From: Acholeplasmataceae bacterium
GTDB taxonomy: Bacteria; Bacillota_I; Bacilli_A; Acholeplasmatales; Acholeplasmataceae
NCBI GenBank assembly: GCA_036758425.1
Contig: DAIOWP010000001.1
Coordinates: 513-64,512, forward strand
Length of the DNA: 64,000 nt
Direction of reading: 5' to 3'
Position numbers and translations under genes: made by a program. A model generated the notes under the pieces. It ran no database searches and was not told the origin of the DNA. It saw only the letters and a list, made by a program, of their open reading frames with translations. Shown here in pieces: positions 26,367 through 34,865 of this stretch (its first letter is position 1; each line of letters starts with the position of its first letter).

Positions 26367-26672
26367 TCAAACAATATCCTTGTCAGTATTGGTTTCCGTG
26401 ACTTGTTTCACACGTTTTAACACGAAGTGAGCACAATTCATACTGCATGATTCATTTAAATAGTCGGGAATGCGTTTGTATCCATTGGGACTCTTTGGAT
26501 CTGAGTTAAAACCTTTGATACGTAAAATGCCGGATGACATATCGCCAACCAAATATGTATAACGATCAAATGCGACATCAACATAACGTTCATTGAACTT
26601 GAGAAGGTCAAAACCTTCACGATAATTTTTGACCAATTCAAATTGGCCAAAGGGGGTATCTATTAACATCAT
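26367..26672 (-). CDS. DUF1027/YutD-like protein
   Basis: 101 aa. The sequence ELVKNYREGFD...RYTYLVGD...LRIKGF fits the pattern of the YutD family. Confidence 0.65.
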   Translation of the reverse strand: MMLIDTPFGQFELVKNYREGFDLLKFNERYVDVAFDRYTYLVGDMSSGILRIKGFNSDPKSPNGYKRIPDYLNESCSMNCAHFVLKRVKQVTETNTDKDIV

Positions 26673-27796
26673 TACACCTTCTTGAGTAAGACGACTGCTT
26701 CAGCAGCCATCGCTTTTTGTTCACCAATCGCATCCATTTTTTCATAGGTGGATGCTTTAATGCTGATTAAATCCATGGGAAGTGATAACAATTTGGACAC
26801 ACTTTCACGAATATTTTGAATGTGTGGGTTGAGTTTGGGGACTTCAGCGAAGATGGTTGCATCCACATTTGAAATCTGATAACCCTTTTCTTTCATCAAC
26901 ATGGCCACTTCTTTTAAAATGAGTTTAGAATCAATCCCTTTATATTTGGGATCTGTGTCCGGGAAGTGAGTACCTAAATCACCTAAAGCTAATCCGCCTA
27001 AAATGGATTCTGCAATCGCATGAAGTAAGACATCGGCATCACTGTGACCGAGCAGTCCCTTTTCAAAGGGGATCTCAATACCACCAAGCCATAATGGGCG
27101 TCCTTCAACGAGTTGGTGGATATCAAAGCTATGACCAATGCGCATGTGTTCATCCCTTTCTTGTAAGATGGCTTGAATATAGGCAAAGTCTTGGGGGTAT
27201 GTGACTTTGATGTTCGGTTCATCGTTATGAATGAGGTGAATCTTTTCTTCTGGGTAGAAGACTTGATAGAGTGCAACATCATCATCATACGATTCCGGAC
27301 TTCTTAAGTAAGCAAAACGTATTTTTTCGGTTAAAAAGGCTTGGGGGGTTTGAGCTAACACATAATCATCACGTTTGATTGAAGTAAGTCCATGAGATGT
27401 CATATGTTTTAAAGCGGACGTCACTTTTTCGCAAAGAAGAACAGCGTCGTGATATTCAAGTGATTTTTCGATGGATAAAATCGCATTTTTGGATATCAGT
27501 GGTCGTGCAGCATCATGAATGAAGACATAAGGTGTTTCGACTTCCTTGAGTCCATTCATCACAGACTCACTTCGCGTCTTTCCACCGATGACAAGTTTGA
27601 TATCTTCCGTGACATATTTTCTTACCTGATTTAAATCCTCTTTTGAGACAACTAAAACAATATGATGTCCCATCGCTTTAAATGTTTCCACACTATAGAG
27701 AAAGAGTGGTTTATGATTGACCTCATAGAGAATTTTGGATTGATTGAGTTTTGCTCTGGTTCCTGCACCAGCTGCAACAATAAGTGCTGTATTCAT
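26672..27796 (-). CDS. ispDF: Bifunctional IspD/IspF (MEP cytidylyltransferase fused to MEcPP synthase)
   Basis: 374 aa. The N-terminal half has IVAAGAGTRA (IspD) and the C-terminal half has GHSFDIH...GHSDADVLLHA (IspF metal site). Confidence 0.9.
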   Translation of the reverse strand: MNTALIVAAGAGTRAKLNQSKILYEVNHKPLFLYSVETFKAMGHHIVLVVSKEDLNQVRKYVTEDIKLVIGGKTRSESVMNGLKEVETPYVFIHDAARPLISKNAILSIEKSLEYHDAVLLCEKVTSALKHMTSHGLTSIKRDDYVLAQTPQAFLTEKIRFAYLRSPESYDDDVALYQVFYPEEKIHLIHNDEPNIKVTYPQDFAYIQAILQERDEHMRIGHSFDIHQLVEGRPLWLGGIEIPFEKGLLGHSDADVLLHAIAESILGGLALGDLGTHFPDTDPKYKGIDSKLILKEVAMLMKEKGYQISNVDATIFAEVPKLNPHIQNIRESVSKLLSLPMDLISIKASTYEKMDAIGEQKAMAAEAVVLLKKV

Positions 27797-27799
27797 GGT

Positions 27800-28318
27800 T
27801 TACCCCTTGATTACATCATCAAGTCGTTCATCGTGATGATCGATGTCAAATGTATCAACTTCTTGAAAATCATAGATAACACCAACCACGTGTTTCGGGC
27901 GATGGCGATTGAGATAATGATCATAATAGGCTTTTCCATAACCGATGCGATACTTAGATTGAGAGATGATCAGTGCAGGAGCAATCATGTAGTCAATATC
28001 TTTGATATCATCTGAATGTCCTTCTGGTTCCATCACACCAAACGTTGATTTAACCCACTTCATGGGTTTCGTATAAGGATAGAAATGAAGTCCATCCTTT
28101 TCGACTTTGGGAAACACAAATGTCTTATCATCTTTTAATAATGCAAGCACATTAATCTCACTTCCCATGGGATAGAAAAGTGCGACTGTTTTAGCTTGTT
28201 TGTAGCGAGGATCTGCTTGAATTTGTGCAACAATCAATTGAGACTTTCTTAGAATTTCATCAGATGAAAGTGAGTTTCTTTTGGCAAGCATCAGCTTTCT
28301 TAATTCAGCTTTGGTCAT
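27800..28318 (-). CDS. 5-formyltetrahydrofolate cyclo-ligase
   Basis: 172 aa. The N-terminus KAELRKLMLAKR and the GYGKAYYD motif are typical of MTHFS. Confidence 0.8.
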   Translation of the reverse strand: MTKAELRKLMLAKRNSLSSDEILRKSQLIVAQIQADPRYKQAKTVALFYPMGSEINVLALLKDDKTFVFPKVEKDGLHFYPYTKPMKWVKSTFGVMEPEGHSDDIKDIDYMIAPALIISQSKYRIGYGKAYYDHYLNRHRPKHVVGVIYDFQEVDTFDIDHHDERLDDVIKG

Positions 28319-29892
28319 GACACAATATCCTTATAGTAACAACCATGTGCAGAGAAGTTTGGATTTTCAGCAATCTTCAAGGCTTGGATAGCTGCTTGAT
28401 AAAGTTGATGTTCTTCATGCGCATCACTGCCACCTATTGCAATACCCGCAAAGACTTCTAACTCAACAGAAAGTGATCCATATTGCATAACAAGATTCAA
28501 AAATGTCTTATTCGACTTAATACCATTTTGCAAAACATCGATCTTTCTTGGATCGGTGATGGTCACTGCGAACTCAATCCCAGACATTCTAAAAATATTC
28601 CCCGATTCAGTCACGAAAGAAGTTCTCATTTTTTTGATATATTCTGCCATAAGCATATTTCCCACTTCACGTCCATGAGTCTCATTGATCTTTGGCATAT
28701 TCTTTAATTTGAAGACAACCAATTGGAAATATCGATGCTCTCTAAATAACTTATTCATGGAGACCATCAAATCATTTTGGTCAGCAAGTAAATCAAGTTC
28801 ATCGATGTTTGATGCCATAAAATGTTTTGTCTTCATGGGATTAAGCGTACCCATGATGACCGCTGAATGTGTATCTTCGAATAGGCGTTTTCCTTTTTCT
28901 TTCATCCAGATGTAACGGCCATCAACCATGATGCGATACGAGGTGCTATATTGTTTTTTATTAATTGTTAAATCGCCTAATAAAGCCAAATATTTCTTTA
29001 AATCTTCAGCTTCAATCAAACGTCTAAAATCGGTCAAGTCAAGTGTGTTACCTGGAAGATGGAGTGTTTCAACAAGTTTGTCGGATGCCCAAATGATGCG
29101 TTCATCAAGATCGATATAAAACAATCCTTCTTCGGAAATTTCAAGAGTTGCGATAAATTTGTGGCGAATGCTTTCAAGTTCAAGATTACGTTCTTGAAGC
29201 TCCTTTTCAACAGCGAGTAAATCAAAATTGGATTTCTTTTCACCCACACAAATACGCCCTTTATAACGTCCGAGTGCATATACCGGTTGCATCACCATGT
29301 GTAGAATCACAGGGTTACCATCAACATTTAAGAATGTCAATTCTTCGACTTCTGAGTCGCCAGGTTTTGCACGTTCTTTATAACCGAGGTAATAGCTTTC
29401 AAGTTGACGATTGTTGACTTCTTGGGTATTTAACTTTTGAAAGCGAATCGTTTTATTCCACATATTAAATAACTTTTTACCGATAACTTCATCCTTATCT
29501 AAACCCATTTCTTTGAGTAGCGATGAGGAAATATCTTTGATACGTTCTTTAGCATCAACGACATAATAAGTATTCCATCGTGAATTTTTAATCGATTTCA
29601 CAAACAATTGATAGTGATTAGCTTTTAGTATTGCCGTTTTAAAAGACCCATATAGAAGAAGGATAAAAAGCGCATAGACAAAGAAATTGTATCCGATATA
29701 GATATCTTCATAAAGAGGATTATTTTTAATGGTTGTTTCATACATGACGAGAACCATGATCGAGACAGCAACGTTGAAAAAACCGATAACCAATCGGTTC
29801 TTTAAGACCTTCTCTGATTGAATACTTTGAATGATCACCAAAAACAGCGTAAATGTGGTGATAATCAAAGGATAGATCGGATGTTGTAACAT
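28315..29892 (-). CDS. Membrane sensor protein with N-terminal TM helices, two PAS-like domains and a degenerate GGDEF-like domain
   Basis: 525 aa with three hydrophobic helices at the N-terminus. PAS-like blocks include YVVDAKERIKDIS... and FYIDLDERIIWASDKL...YIWMKEKG. The C-terminal fold is diguanylate-cyclase-like (KINETHGREVGNMLM...RMSGIEFAV...AGIA...ALKIAE), with SGIEF in place of GGDEF. Confidence 0.7.
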   Translation of the reverse strand: MLQHPIYPLIITTFTLFLVIIQSIQSEKVLKNRLVIGFFNVAVSIMVLVMYETTIKNNPLYEDIYIGYNFFVYALFILLLYGSFKTAILKANHYQLFVKSIKNSRWNTYYVVDAKERIKDISSSLLKEMGLDKDEVIGKKLFNMWNKTIRFQKLNTQEVNNRQLESYYLGYKERAKPGDSEVEELTFLNVDGNPVILHMVMQPVYALGRYKGRICVGEKKSNFDLLAVEKELQERNLELESIRHKFIATLEISEEGLFYIDLDERIIWASDKLVETLHLPGNTLDLTDFRRLIEAEDLKKYLALLGDLTINKKQYSTSYRIMVDGRYIWMKEKGKRLFEDTHSAVIMGTLNPMKTKHFMASNIDELDLLADQNDLMVSMNKLFREHRYFQLVVFKLKNMPKINETHGREVGNMLMAEYIKKMRTSFVTESGNIFRMSGIEFAVTITDPRKIDVLQNGIKSNKTFLNLVMQYGSLSVELEVFAGIAIGGSDAHEEHQLYQAAIQALKIAENPNFSAHGCYYKDIVS

Positions 29893-29896
29893 GCTA

Positions 29897-30079
29897 TCAC
29901 CAAGAAATTTCTAAGACGTACGTGATGACAAGAACTGCAAGGGTAATGAGGAAAGAGACGACATAAATCATCCATTTGTTTTTATTAAAGAATGTTGATG
30001 TTTTTTCAGCGATATTACGATTCGCAAATGCGCGAAGGGGTTCGAAAATAAAGGTTAAAATCTTTTTGATTGTGTTCAT
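29897..30079 (-). CDS. Small membrane protein (60 aa) encoded between cdaA and the PAS/GGDEF-like gene
   Basis: The ATG at 30079 is preceded by GTGAGGGATGA, 10 nt after the cdaA stop. There is one C-terminal TM helix (WMIYVVSFLITLAVLVITYVL). Confidence 0.55.
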   Translation of the reverse strand: MNTIKKILTFIFEPLRAFANRNIAEKTSTFFNKNKWMIYVVSFLITLAVLVITYVLEISW

Positions 30080-30089
30080 CGATCATCCC

Positions 30090-30836
30090 TCACTTCATAA
30101 ACATATTGATGTATTCCATCAACTTGTCGCGATCATTAATCTTGAGCATAATACCTTCAACAGCAATCGATACATTACCTGTTTCTTCAGAAACAATAAT
30201 CGTCAAGCTATCGGTGATTTCGCTAATACCTAAACCTGCACGATGTCTTGAGCCCGTTGTTTTTTCGAAGTTTTGATTATCGGATAAAACAAAATATGCT
30301 CCGGCACATAAAATCGAGTCCCCGCGAATAATGACAGCGCCATCGTGAAGGGGTGTGTTTGGGGTAAAGATATTGATCAAGACTTCTTTTGACACTTCAC
30401 TATTCATCATGATGGCACGTTCTGCATACTGATCAAGCGTGTTATGCTTTTCAATCGTCATTAACGCACCAATCGATTGACTCGATAAATACATCGCAGC
30501 ATCAACAATGGCCTGCTTTGTACGTTCACTACCCATAACCACATTTTCGTTTCTTGAGTCCGCTTTCCAAACAAACTCTAACGATCTTCTGATATCAGGA
30601 GCCATGATGACAATCATTAAAATAGGAAGCCATTCCGCGAGATAAGCAAGTGCCTTCGCACTGATTAAAAGGTCAAAGTAATTCGCAATTAATGCGAGTA
30701 CATAGACCAAGATAAAGGAGGATGCTATCGAAAGCATTCTCTTGTTTGATAATAAAAACTTGACGAGGAAAACGACGAGCACCCACACAAAGTAGGCATC
30801 GACAATGATCTTCCAGATCGGGATACCGAATAACAT
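30090..30836 (-). CDS. cdaA: Diadenylate cyclase CdaA (c-di-AMP synthase)
   Basis: 248 aa with three N-terminal TM helices and a DAC domain carrying the DGA (PLHDGAVII) and RHR (GSRHRAGLG) motifs. Confidence 0.92.
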   Translation of the reverse strand: MLFGIPIWKIIVDAYFVWVLVVFLVKFLLSNKRMLSIASSFILVYVLALIANYFDLLISAKALAYLAEWLPILMIVIMAPDIRRSLEFVWKADSRNENVVMGSERTKQAIVDAAMYLSSQSIGALMTIEKHNTLDQYAERAIMMNSEVSKEVLINIFTPNTPLHDGAVIIRGDSILCAGAYFVLSDNQNFEKTTGSRHRAGLGISEITDSLTIIVSEETGNVSIAVEGIMLKINDRDKLMEYINMFMK

Positions 30837-30911
30837 ATCATCGCACTCCTTTTGACTACATCTATTATATCATAACACCACATCAACAAAAGATGATTTT
30901 ATCACCATCGA

Positions 30912-30940
30912 TTGCAGAACTTTGATAAAGCGTCTATAAT
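30912..30940 (+). promoter_or_regulatory. Candidate promoter of a ~210-nt hflX leader
   Basis: TTGCAG (30912-30917), a 17-nt spacer, then TATAAT (30935-30940). Confidence 0.5.
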
Positions 30941-30982
30941 AAGGATGGTGATAAAAATCACCAATCTTGAGGAGGTATTGAC

Positions 30983-31018
30983 ATGTCCACTGATTTAAAT
31001 GTTTCATACACACACTAA
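30983..31018 (+). CDS. Candidate 11-codon leader ORF (MSTDLNVSYTH) upstream of hflX
   Basis: The ATG at 30983 lies 7 nt after a GAGGAGG SD. It sits inside the predicted hflX 5' leader. Coding status is unproven. Confidence 0.3.
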   Translation: MSTDLNVSYTH

Positions 31019-31156
31019 TTGCCTATGGTCATGACAATATGTTTTTCCCATCAAAAGACGTATTTTAAGCGTGATCCTAGGTATTCTTCAGTCAATTGAC
31101 AGCTCAGTTTTGCACACATGTGCATCATGATGATTTTTAAAAAGAAAGAGGACTAT

Positions 31157-32410
31157 ATGGATCAAGCATTACTCGTAGGTTTAGCCTACAAACATTCGTA
31201 CGAAGAGACGATGGATTCACTCGTTGAGCTCGAGCATTTAGCAGAAGCGCTCAACATTCAAACCAAGGACAAAGTTGTCCAAAATGCAAAAGAAATAACA
31301 CCCCGAACCTATATTGGTACAGGTAAAGTTCAAGAAGTTAAGAAGATGATTGAAGTACTCGATATTGATATCGTGATTTTTGACGATACGTTATCGCCAG
31401 CACAGGTCAAGAACCTTGAAAAAGAACTTGATACTCAAGTGATTGATCGAAGTTTCTTGATTCTTTCCATCTTCGCAGAACGGGCACAATCAAAAGAAGC
31501 TGTACTTGAAGTTGCACTCGCTCAAAAGATGTATCTTCTGCCTCGCTTAATAGGGATGAGCCAATCACTTTCTAGACAAGGTGGTGGATCATTTAATGCT
31601 AAAGGCCCCGGTGAAACAAAACTTGAACTTGATCGTAGACGCTTATCAGAAGAAATCACGTTTATCAAACGCGAACTGGAAAAGATCAAAGAAGAAAAAA
31701 TGATTTCAAGAAAACAGAGACTGAGAAACCGGATTCCTGTTGTTGCCTTAGTTGGATACACAAATGCGGGTAAGTCATCAATTATGAACTCACTATCTCG
31801 TTATTTGAAACATGACTCAGAACCTGTTCTTGAAAAGGATATGCTGTTCGCAACCCTTGATACAAAAGCAAAGCGACTGCAAAAAGAAAACTATCCACCT
31901 TTTATCTTGATTGATACAGTTGGATTTGTATCCAAACTCCCCCATGAACTTGTGAATAGTTTCGAATCAACACTAAGTGATGTTGTCGGTGCAGATTTAT
32001 TACTACATATCGTTGATGGTGCATACTTTAACCCAAAACAGATTGAAACAACAAAAGAGGTTCTTCAAAAAATTGGAGCATCACATATTGAACGTTTGCT
32101 TGTGCTGACAAAAAAGGAAATTGCTTTATCTGTACCAGATTTAAATGAAGACTATGTGTTTGTCTCTAACCGTACCGGTGAAAACATTGACACACTGGTT
32201 AATATGATTTATGGACATCTTTATAAAGATAACCGCATTCATATGTTAAAGATTCCCTTTAATCAAGGACAAGTTTACGCTAATCTTAAAGATAACAATA
32301 CCATTTTGGAAACTCGCTATGACGAGGATGGAACGTATGTCAAGGTGATATTGACACCTGAACAAGCCATTATGTTATCATCGTATATCATTAATAAAAG
32401 CGCTTCATAG
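31157..32410 (+). CDS. hflX: GTPase HflX
   Basis: It has the HflX N-domain, GGGSFNAKGPGETKLE and the G-domain motifs GYTNAGKSS and DTVGF. The ATG at 31157 is preceded by AAAGAGGA. Confidence 0.92.
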   Translation: MDQALLVGLAYKHSYEETMDSLVELEHLAEALNIQTKDKVVQNAKEITPRTYIGTGKVQEVKKMIEVLDIDIVIFDDTLSPAQVKNLEKELDTQVIDRSFLILSIFAERAQSKEAVLEVALAQKMYLLPRLIGMSQSLSRQGGGSFNAKGPGETKLELDRRRLSEEITFIKRELEKIKEEKMISRKQRLRNRIPVVALVGYTNAGKSSIMNSLSRYLKHDSEPVLEKDMLFATLDTKAKRLQKENYPPFILIDTVGFVSKLPHELVNSFESTLSDVVGADLLLHIVDGAYFNPKQIETTKEVLQKIGASHIERLLVLTKKEIALSVPDLNEDYVFVSNRTGENIDTLVNMIYGHLYKDNRIHMLKIPFNQGQVYANLKDNNTILETRYDEDGTYVKVILTPEQAIMLSSYIINKSAS

Positions 32411-33271
32411 AGCGCTTTTTTGTTCTTTGGGAATGAGAAATTCTTTGACAGCTTGTACCATTGGCTTTGGATCTAGAATCAATTGGAATCGATCGGTTTC
32501 AATGTATTGAAGTTTGGGATTGGTCATCATATCCACCAAGGCTTCAATCAGTGCACTACCCCCTAGGGGATCTTCATCATGACTATAAAAGAGTAGCGTA
32601 CGATAATTTAGAAACTTAAAATCCATTCTTTCAAACGCATAGTTTGAAAGTAAATCTCGGATGATTTCCATCTGTTGTCTTTCATCTGTTTCTGTGTATT
32701 TGCTGATTAAAAACTCGAAAAATTCAACGTCTTCTTCCCTTGATAATGCTTGATTAATTTGATCTAGTAGTGCTAGCTTGATGGTCGAAAGAGGCATGAT
32801 TTTTCGAAGATTTTTGAGTTCTTCGATCGTGTGCAAGATACCTTTAATGACATCTTCAGCATACTCATCACCCTTTTTAGGACGTGTGGGTGCATTATAG
32901 AGAATAAGGTTTTCGGTTTGACTTGCGTGATCACGAGCAAATGCTTGAGCAAGACCTCCACCATGGCTCATTCCTAAAAGTGAAACTTTTTTTAATCCAA
33001 TGAATTTAATGAGATATGATAAACAATCGATGATGCGTTCTACTGAAATCTTCATCGCTAAATCTTCAACGGTTAAGACTTGGAAACGTTCTGCGAGAGC
33101 TTCTTGAAGTTTAAAATAGGCTTCGGTTGTAAACATACTGCTGCCTACCCAAAGGACTATCGTCTTTTCACCAGTACCAAAAAGGCGATAGTTCATCACA
33201 TCACCACGATAGTGAAACGCCTTTTTAGGGTATTTTTTTGTGAAGACTTGATATTGATCAAGAATGGTCAA
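32405..33271 (-). CDS. Alpha/beta-fold hydrolase
   Basis: 288 aa with the nucleophile elbow GMSHGG. Substrate is unknown. Confidence 0.7.
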   Translation of the reverse strand: MTILDQYQVFTKKYPKKAFHYRGDVMNYRLFGTGEKTIVLWVGSSMFTTEAYFKLQEALAERFQVLTVEDLAMKISVERIIDCLSYLIKFIGLKKVSLLGMSHGGGLAQAFARDHASQTENLILYNAPTRPKKGDEYAEDVIKGILHTIEELKNLRKIMPLSTIKLALLDQINQALSREEDVEFFEFLISKYTETDERQQMEIIRDLLSNYAFERMDFKFLNYRTLLFYSHDEDPLGGSALIEALVDMMTNPKLQYIETDRFQLILDPKPMVQAVKEFLIPKEQKSAL

Positions 33272-33791
33272 TGTTCATCAATCCTTCCTGCTTGATACAC
33301 TTGAGGACAAAGAGTTCGCGTTCTATCCAGGTTGCAACATCACGATGTAACACAAGTGCTTGTTCGTTTTGATGAATGGCTTCATCGAGGGATAACCATA
33401 CCATATGATAACCATATTGTTTTTCATAATCATCGAGATTTAATGGATGAATGTCGTGACTGACTTGTGCAAGATAATAATAAGAAGTCATCTCAAAAAT
33501 CTGGTGATCATGAAACGAATCTTTTCTTTTTTCTTTAATCCAACCAAAGGGAATCATAGTAGATGAAAGAAGCGTTAATCCTGTTTCTTCTTTGACTTCA
33601 CGCATAAGACATTGCTCGTGTGTTTCATTCATTTCTAATCCACCACCAGGAAATTTGCATTCCATGAAAGTTGTGCTTTTAATCATGGCGAGTTTGTTAT
33701 GTTGAATGATGATTGCGCGAATTGCAGTTCGTGATTTCATCTGGGTGATACCTTCGTAATCCCGAACATCAAAGGTGTAAAGTTGTCTCAT
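33258..33791 (-). CDS. NUDIX hydrolase
   Basis: 177 aa with the Nudix box GGGLEMNETHEQCLMREVKEETGL. It overlaps the downstream hydrolase gene by 14 nt. Confidence 0.85.
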   Translation of the reverse strand: MRQLYTFDVRDYEGITQMKSRTAIRAIIIQHNKLAMIKSTTFMECKFPGGGLEMNETHEQCLMREVKEETGLTLLSSTMIPFGWIKEKRKDSFHDHQIFEMTSYYYLAQVSHDIHPLNLDDYEKQYGYHMVWLSLDEAIHQNEQALVLHRDVATWIERELFVLKCIKQEGLMNIDHS

Positions 33792-34045
33792 GATGCCATC
33801 TCCTAGGTATATCTATTTTATATGATGAATGCGTATTCAACAATAGAAATGTATAAAAATAACATGATTCAATGGTTTTTGTCGTAAAGAATGAAAATAT
33901 TTTGAAATATTTAAGCACTCTTTATAATGCTTAAGATTTTTATTATGCAATGCACATCATGAATCATTTTACACTCTTTTTGCTATTCCGATATTTTCAA
34001 CAATCGATCTTTAATACATCCTCATCAATTTTCGCACTAAATAAT

Positions 34046-34071
34046 AAAGGTCTGATATATGTATCAAACCT
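34046..34071 (-). terminator. Terminator-like hairpin, a near-copy of the tRNA-Ser(CGA) terminator (left boundary repeat of the cassette)
   Basis: Plus-strand text is AAAGGTCTGATA-ta-TGTATCAAACCT. On the minus strand the hairpin is followed by TTTATTATTT. It is 23/24 identical to 37279-37307 outside the loop. Confidence 0.6.
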
Positions 34072-34186
34072 TGGGTTTATCGATGTCTACGGTAAAAATT
34101 GATAATAAAATTTTAGTATCCCTCAATACTTGCTAAACAAAGGGGCAACTATCGAAAAGGTCTGTTATATTGACCTTATCAGTCAT

Positions 34187-34639
34187 TTAATCTCTATGAA
34201 TATATACTAATGAATCGCCAATATATTGGTTGACTTCTCTCCATTTAGCAGATTTAGCTCTTATCCAAGTTAACCAATCGGAATTTTGAGCAAACTCATC
34301 AATATCAACAATCTCATCAGCAACATAAATTCGATTATCTTTTTTCTTCATATGTAAATGAAAGATGACGGAATCGTAACCTTCTCTTGCAGGAACAAGA
34401 TTGAACCGTTCCACGCCTTCAAACACAATCTCTATCACCGAATGTTCTATATTTTGTCTTTGAATGATCATATGTACTTGACTTAAGTCGTCGAATGGCT
34501 TCATACTACAGTCTTCATTTACAAAAGATCCACTCGTATACTTAACCTCTTTAATACATGAATCATGAAAATGCCCAAAACGTGTTAAGACGTATTCGAT
34601 ATCTTTCTCATCATTAATAATGTTCCATTGACGATCCAT
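34187..34639 (-). CDS. Hypothetical cytoplasmic protein (150 aa), family unknown
   Basis: The ATG at 34639 is preceded by CAGGAGAA. It has its own extended -10 promoter and downstream hairpins. It has no TM helices and no motif I recognise. Confidence 0.6.
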   Translation of the reverse strand: MDRQWNIINDEKDIEYVLTRFGHFHDSCIKEVKYTSGSFVNEDCSMKPFDDLSQVHMIIQRQNIEHSVIEIVFEGVERFNLVPAREGYDSVIFHLHMKKKDNRIYVADEIVDIDEFAQNSDWLTWIRAKSAKWREVNQYIGDSLVYIHRD

Positions 34640-34707
34640 ATTGTTCTCCTGTTCTCTCATCAAATATTAAAATCACAATTTATCAAGAATCCTCGATTGT
34701 TTTTCAT

Positions 34708-34716
34708 ATTATACCA
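34708..34716 (-). promoter_or_regulatory. Extended -10 element (TGgTATAAT) for the 150-aa gene
   Basis: The minus strand reads TGGTATAAT about 70 nt upstream of the ATG at 34639. It lies downstream of the terminator at 34796-34821. Confidence 0.4.
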
Positions 34717-34795
34717 TGTATGATCGATTGTTCTCATTACTTACTTAATTGCTAAACAAGGGTATAATGTAGCTATTTGTTCACATTTTAAGCGC

Positions 34796-34821
34796 AAAAA
34801 AAGACTTGATAGTGATATCAA
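34796..34821 (-). terminator. Rho-independent terminator of the ATPase/TM-protein operon
   Basis: The minus strand reads CTTGATA-TCAC-TATCAAG (perfect 7-bp stem), then a T-rich tail (TCTTTTTTT). Confidence 0.65.
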
Positions 34822-34865
34822 GCCTATTCTAGTCAGATGTGTGATGCTACCTATTTTGATACAAA

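Noticed and set aside
33910-33935. Hairpin TTAAGCA-ctctttataa-TGCTTAA in the NUDIX upstream spacer
   Set aside because: It is an isolated 7-bp stem in AT-rich promoter DNA with no associated gene on the plus strand. It probably has no functional significance, or is a simple operator. Evidence is insufficient.
34130-34762. Direct repeat TTGCTAAACAA(A)GGG at 34130-34146 and 34749-34762 flanking the 150-aa gene
   Set aside because: Only 11 contiguous identical bases, then an indel. In a few kb of AT-rich DNA a match of this size is plausible by chance. It is not treated as a cassette boundary.
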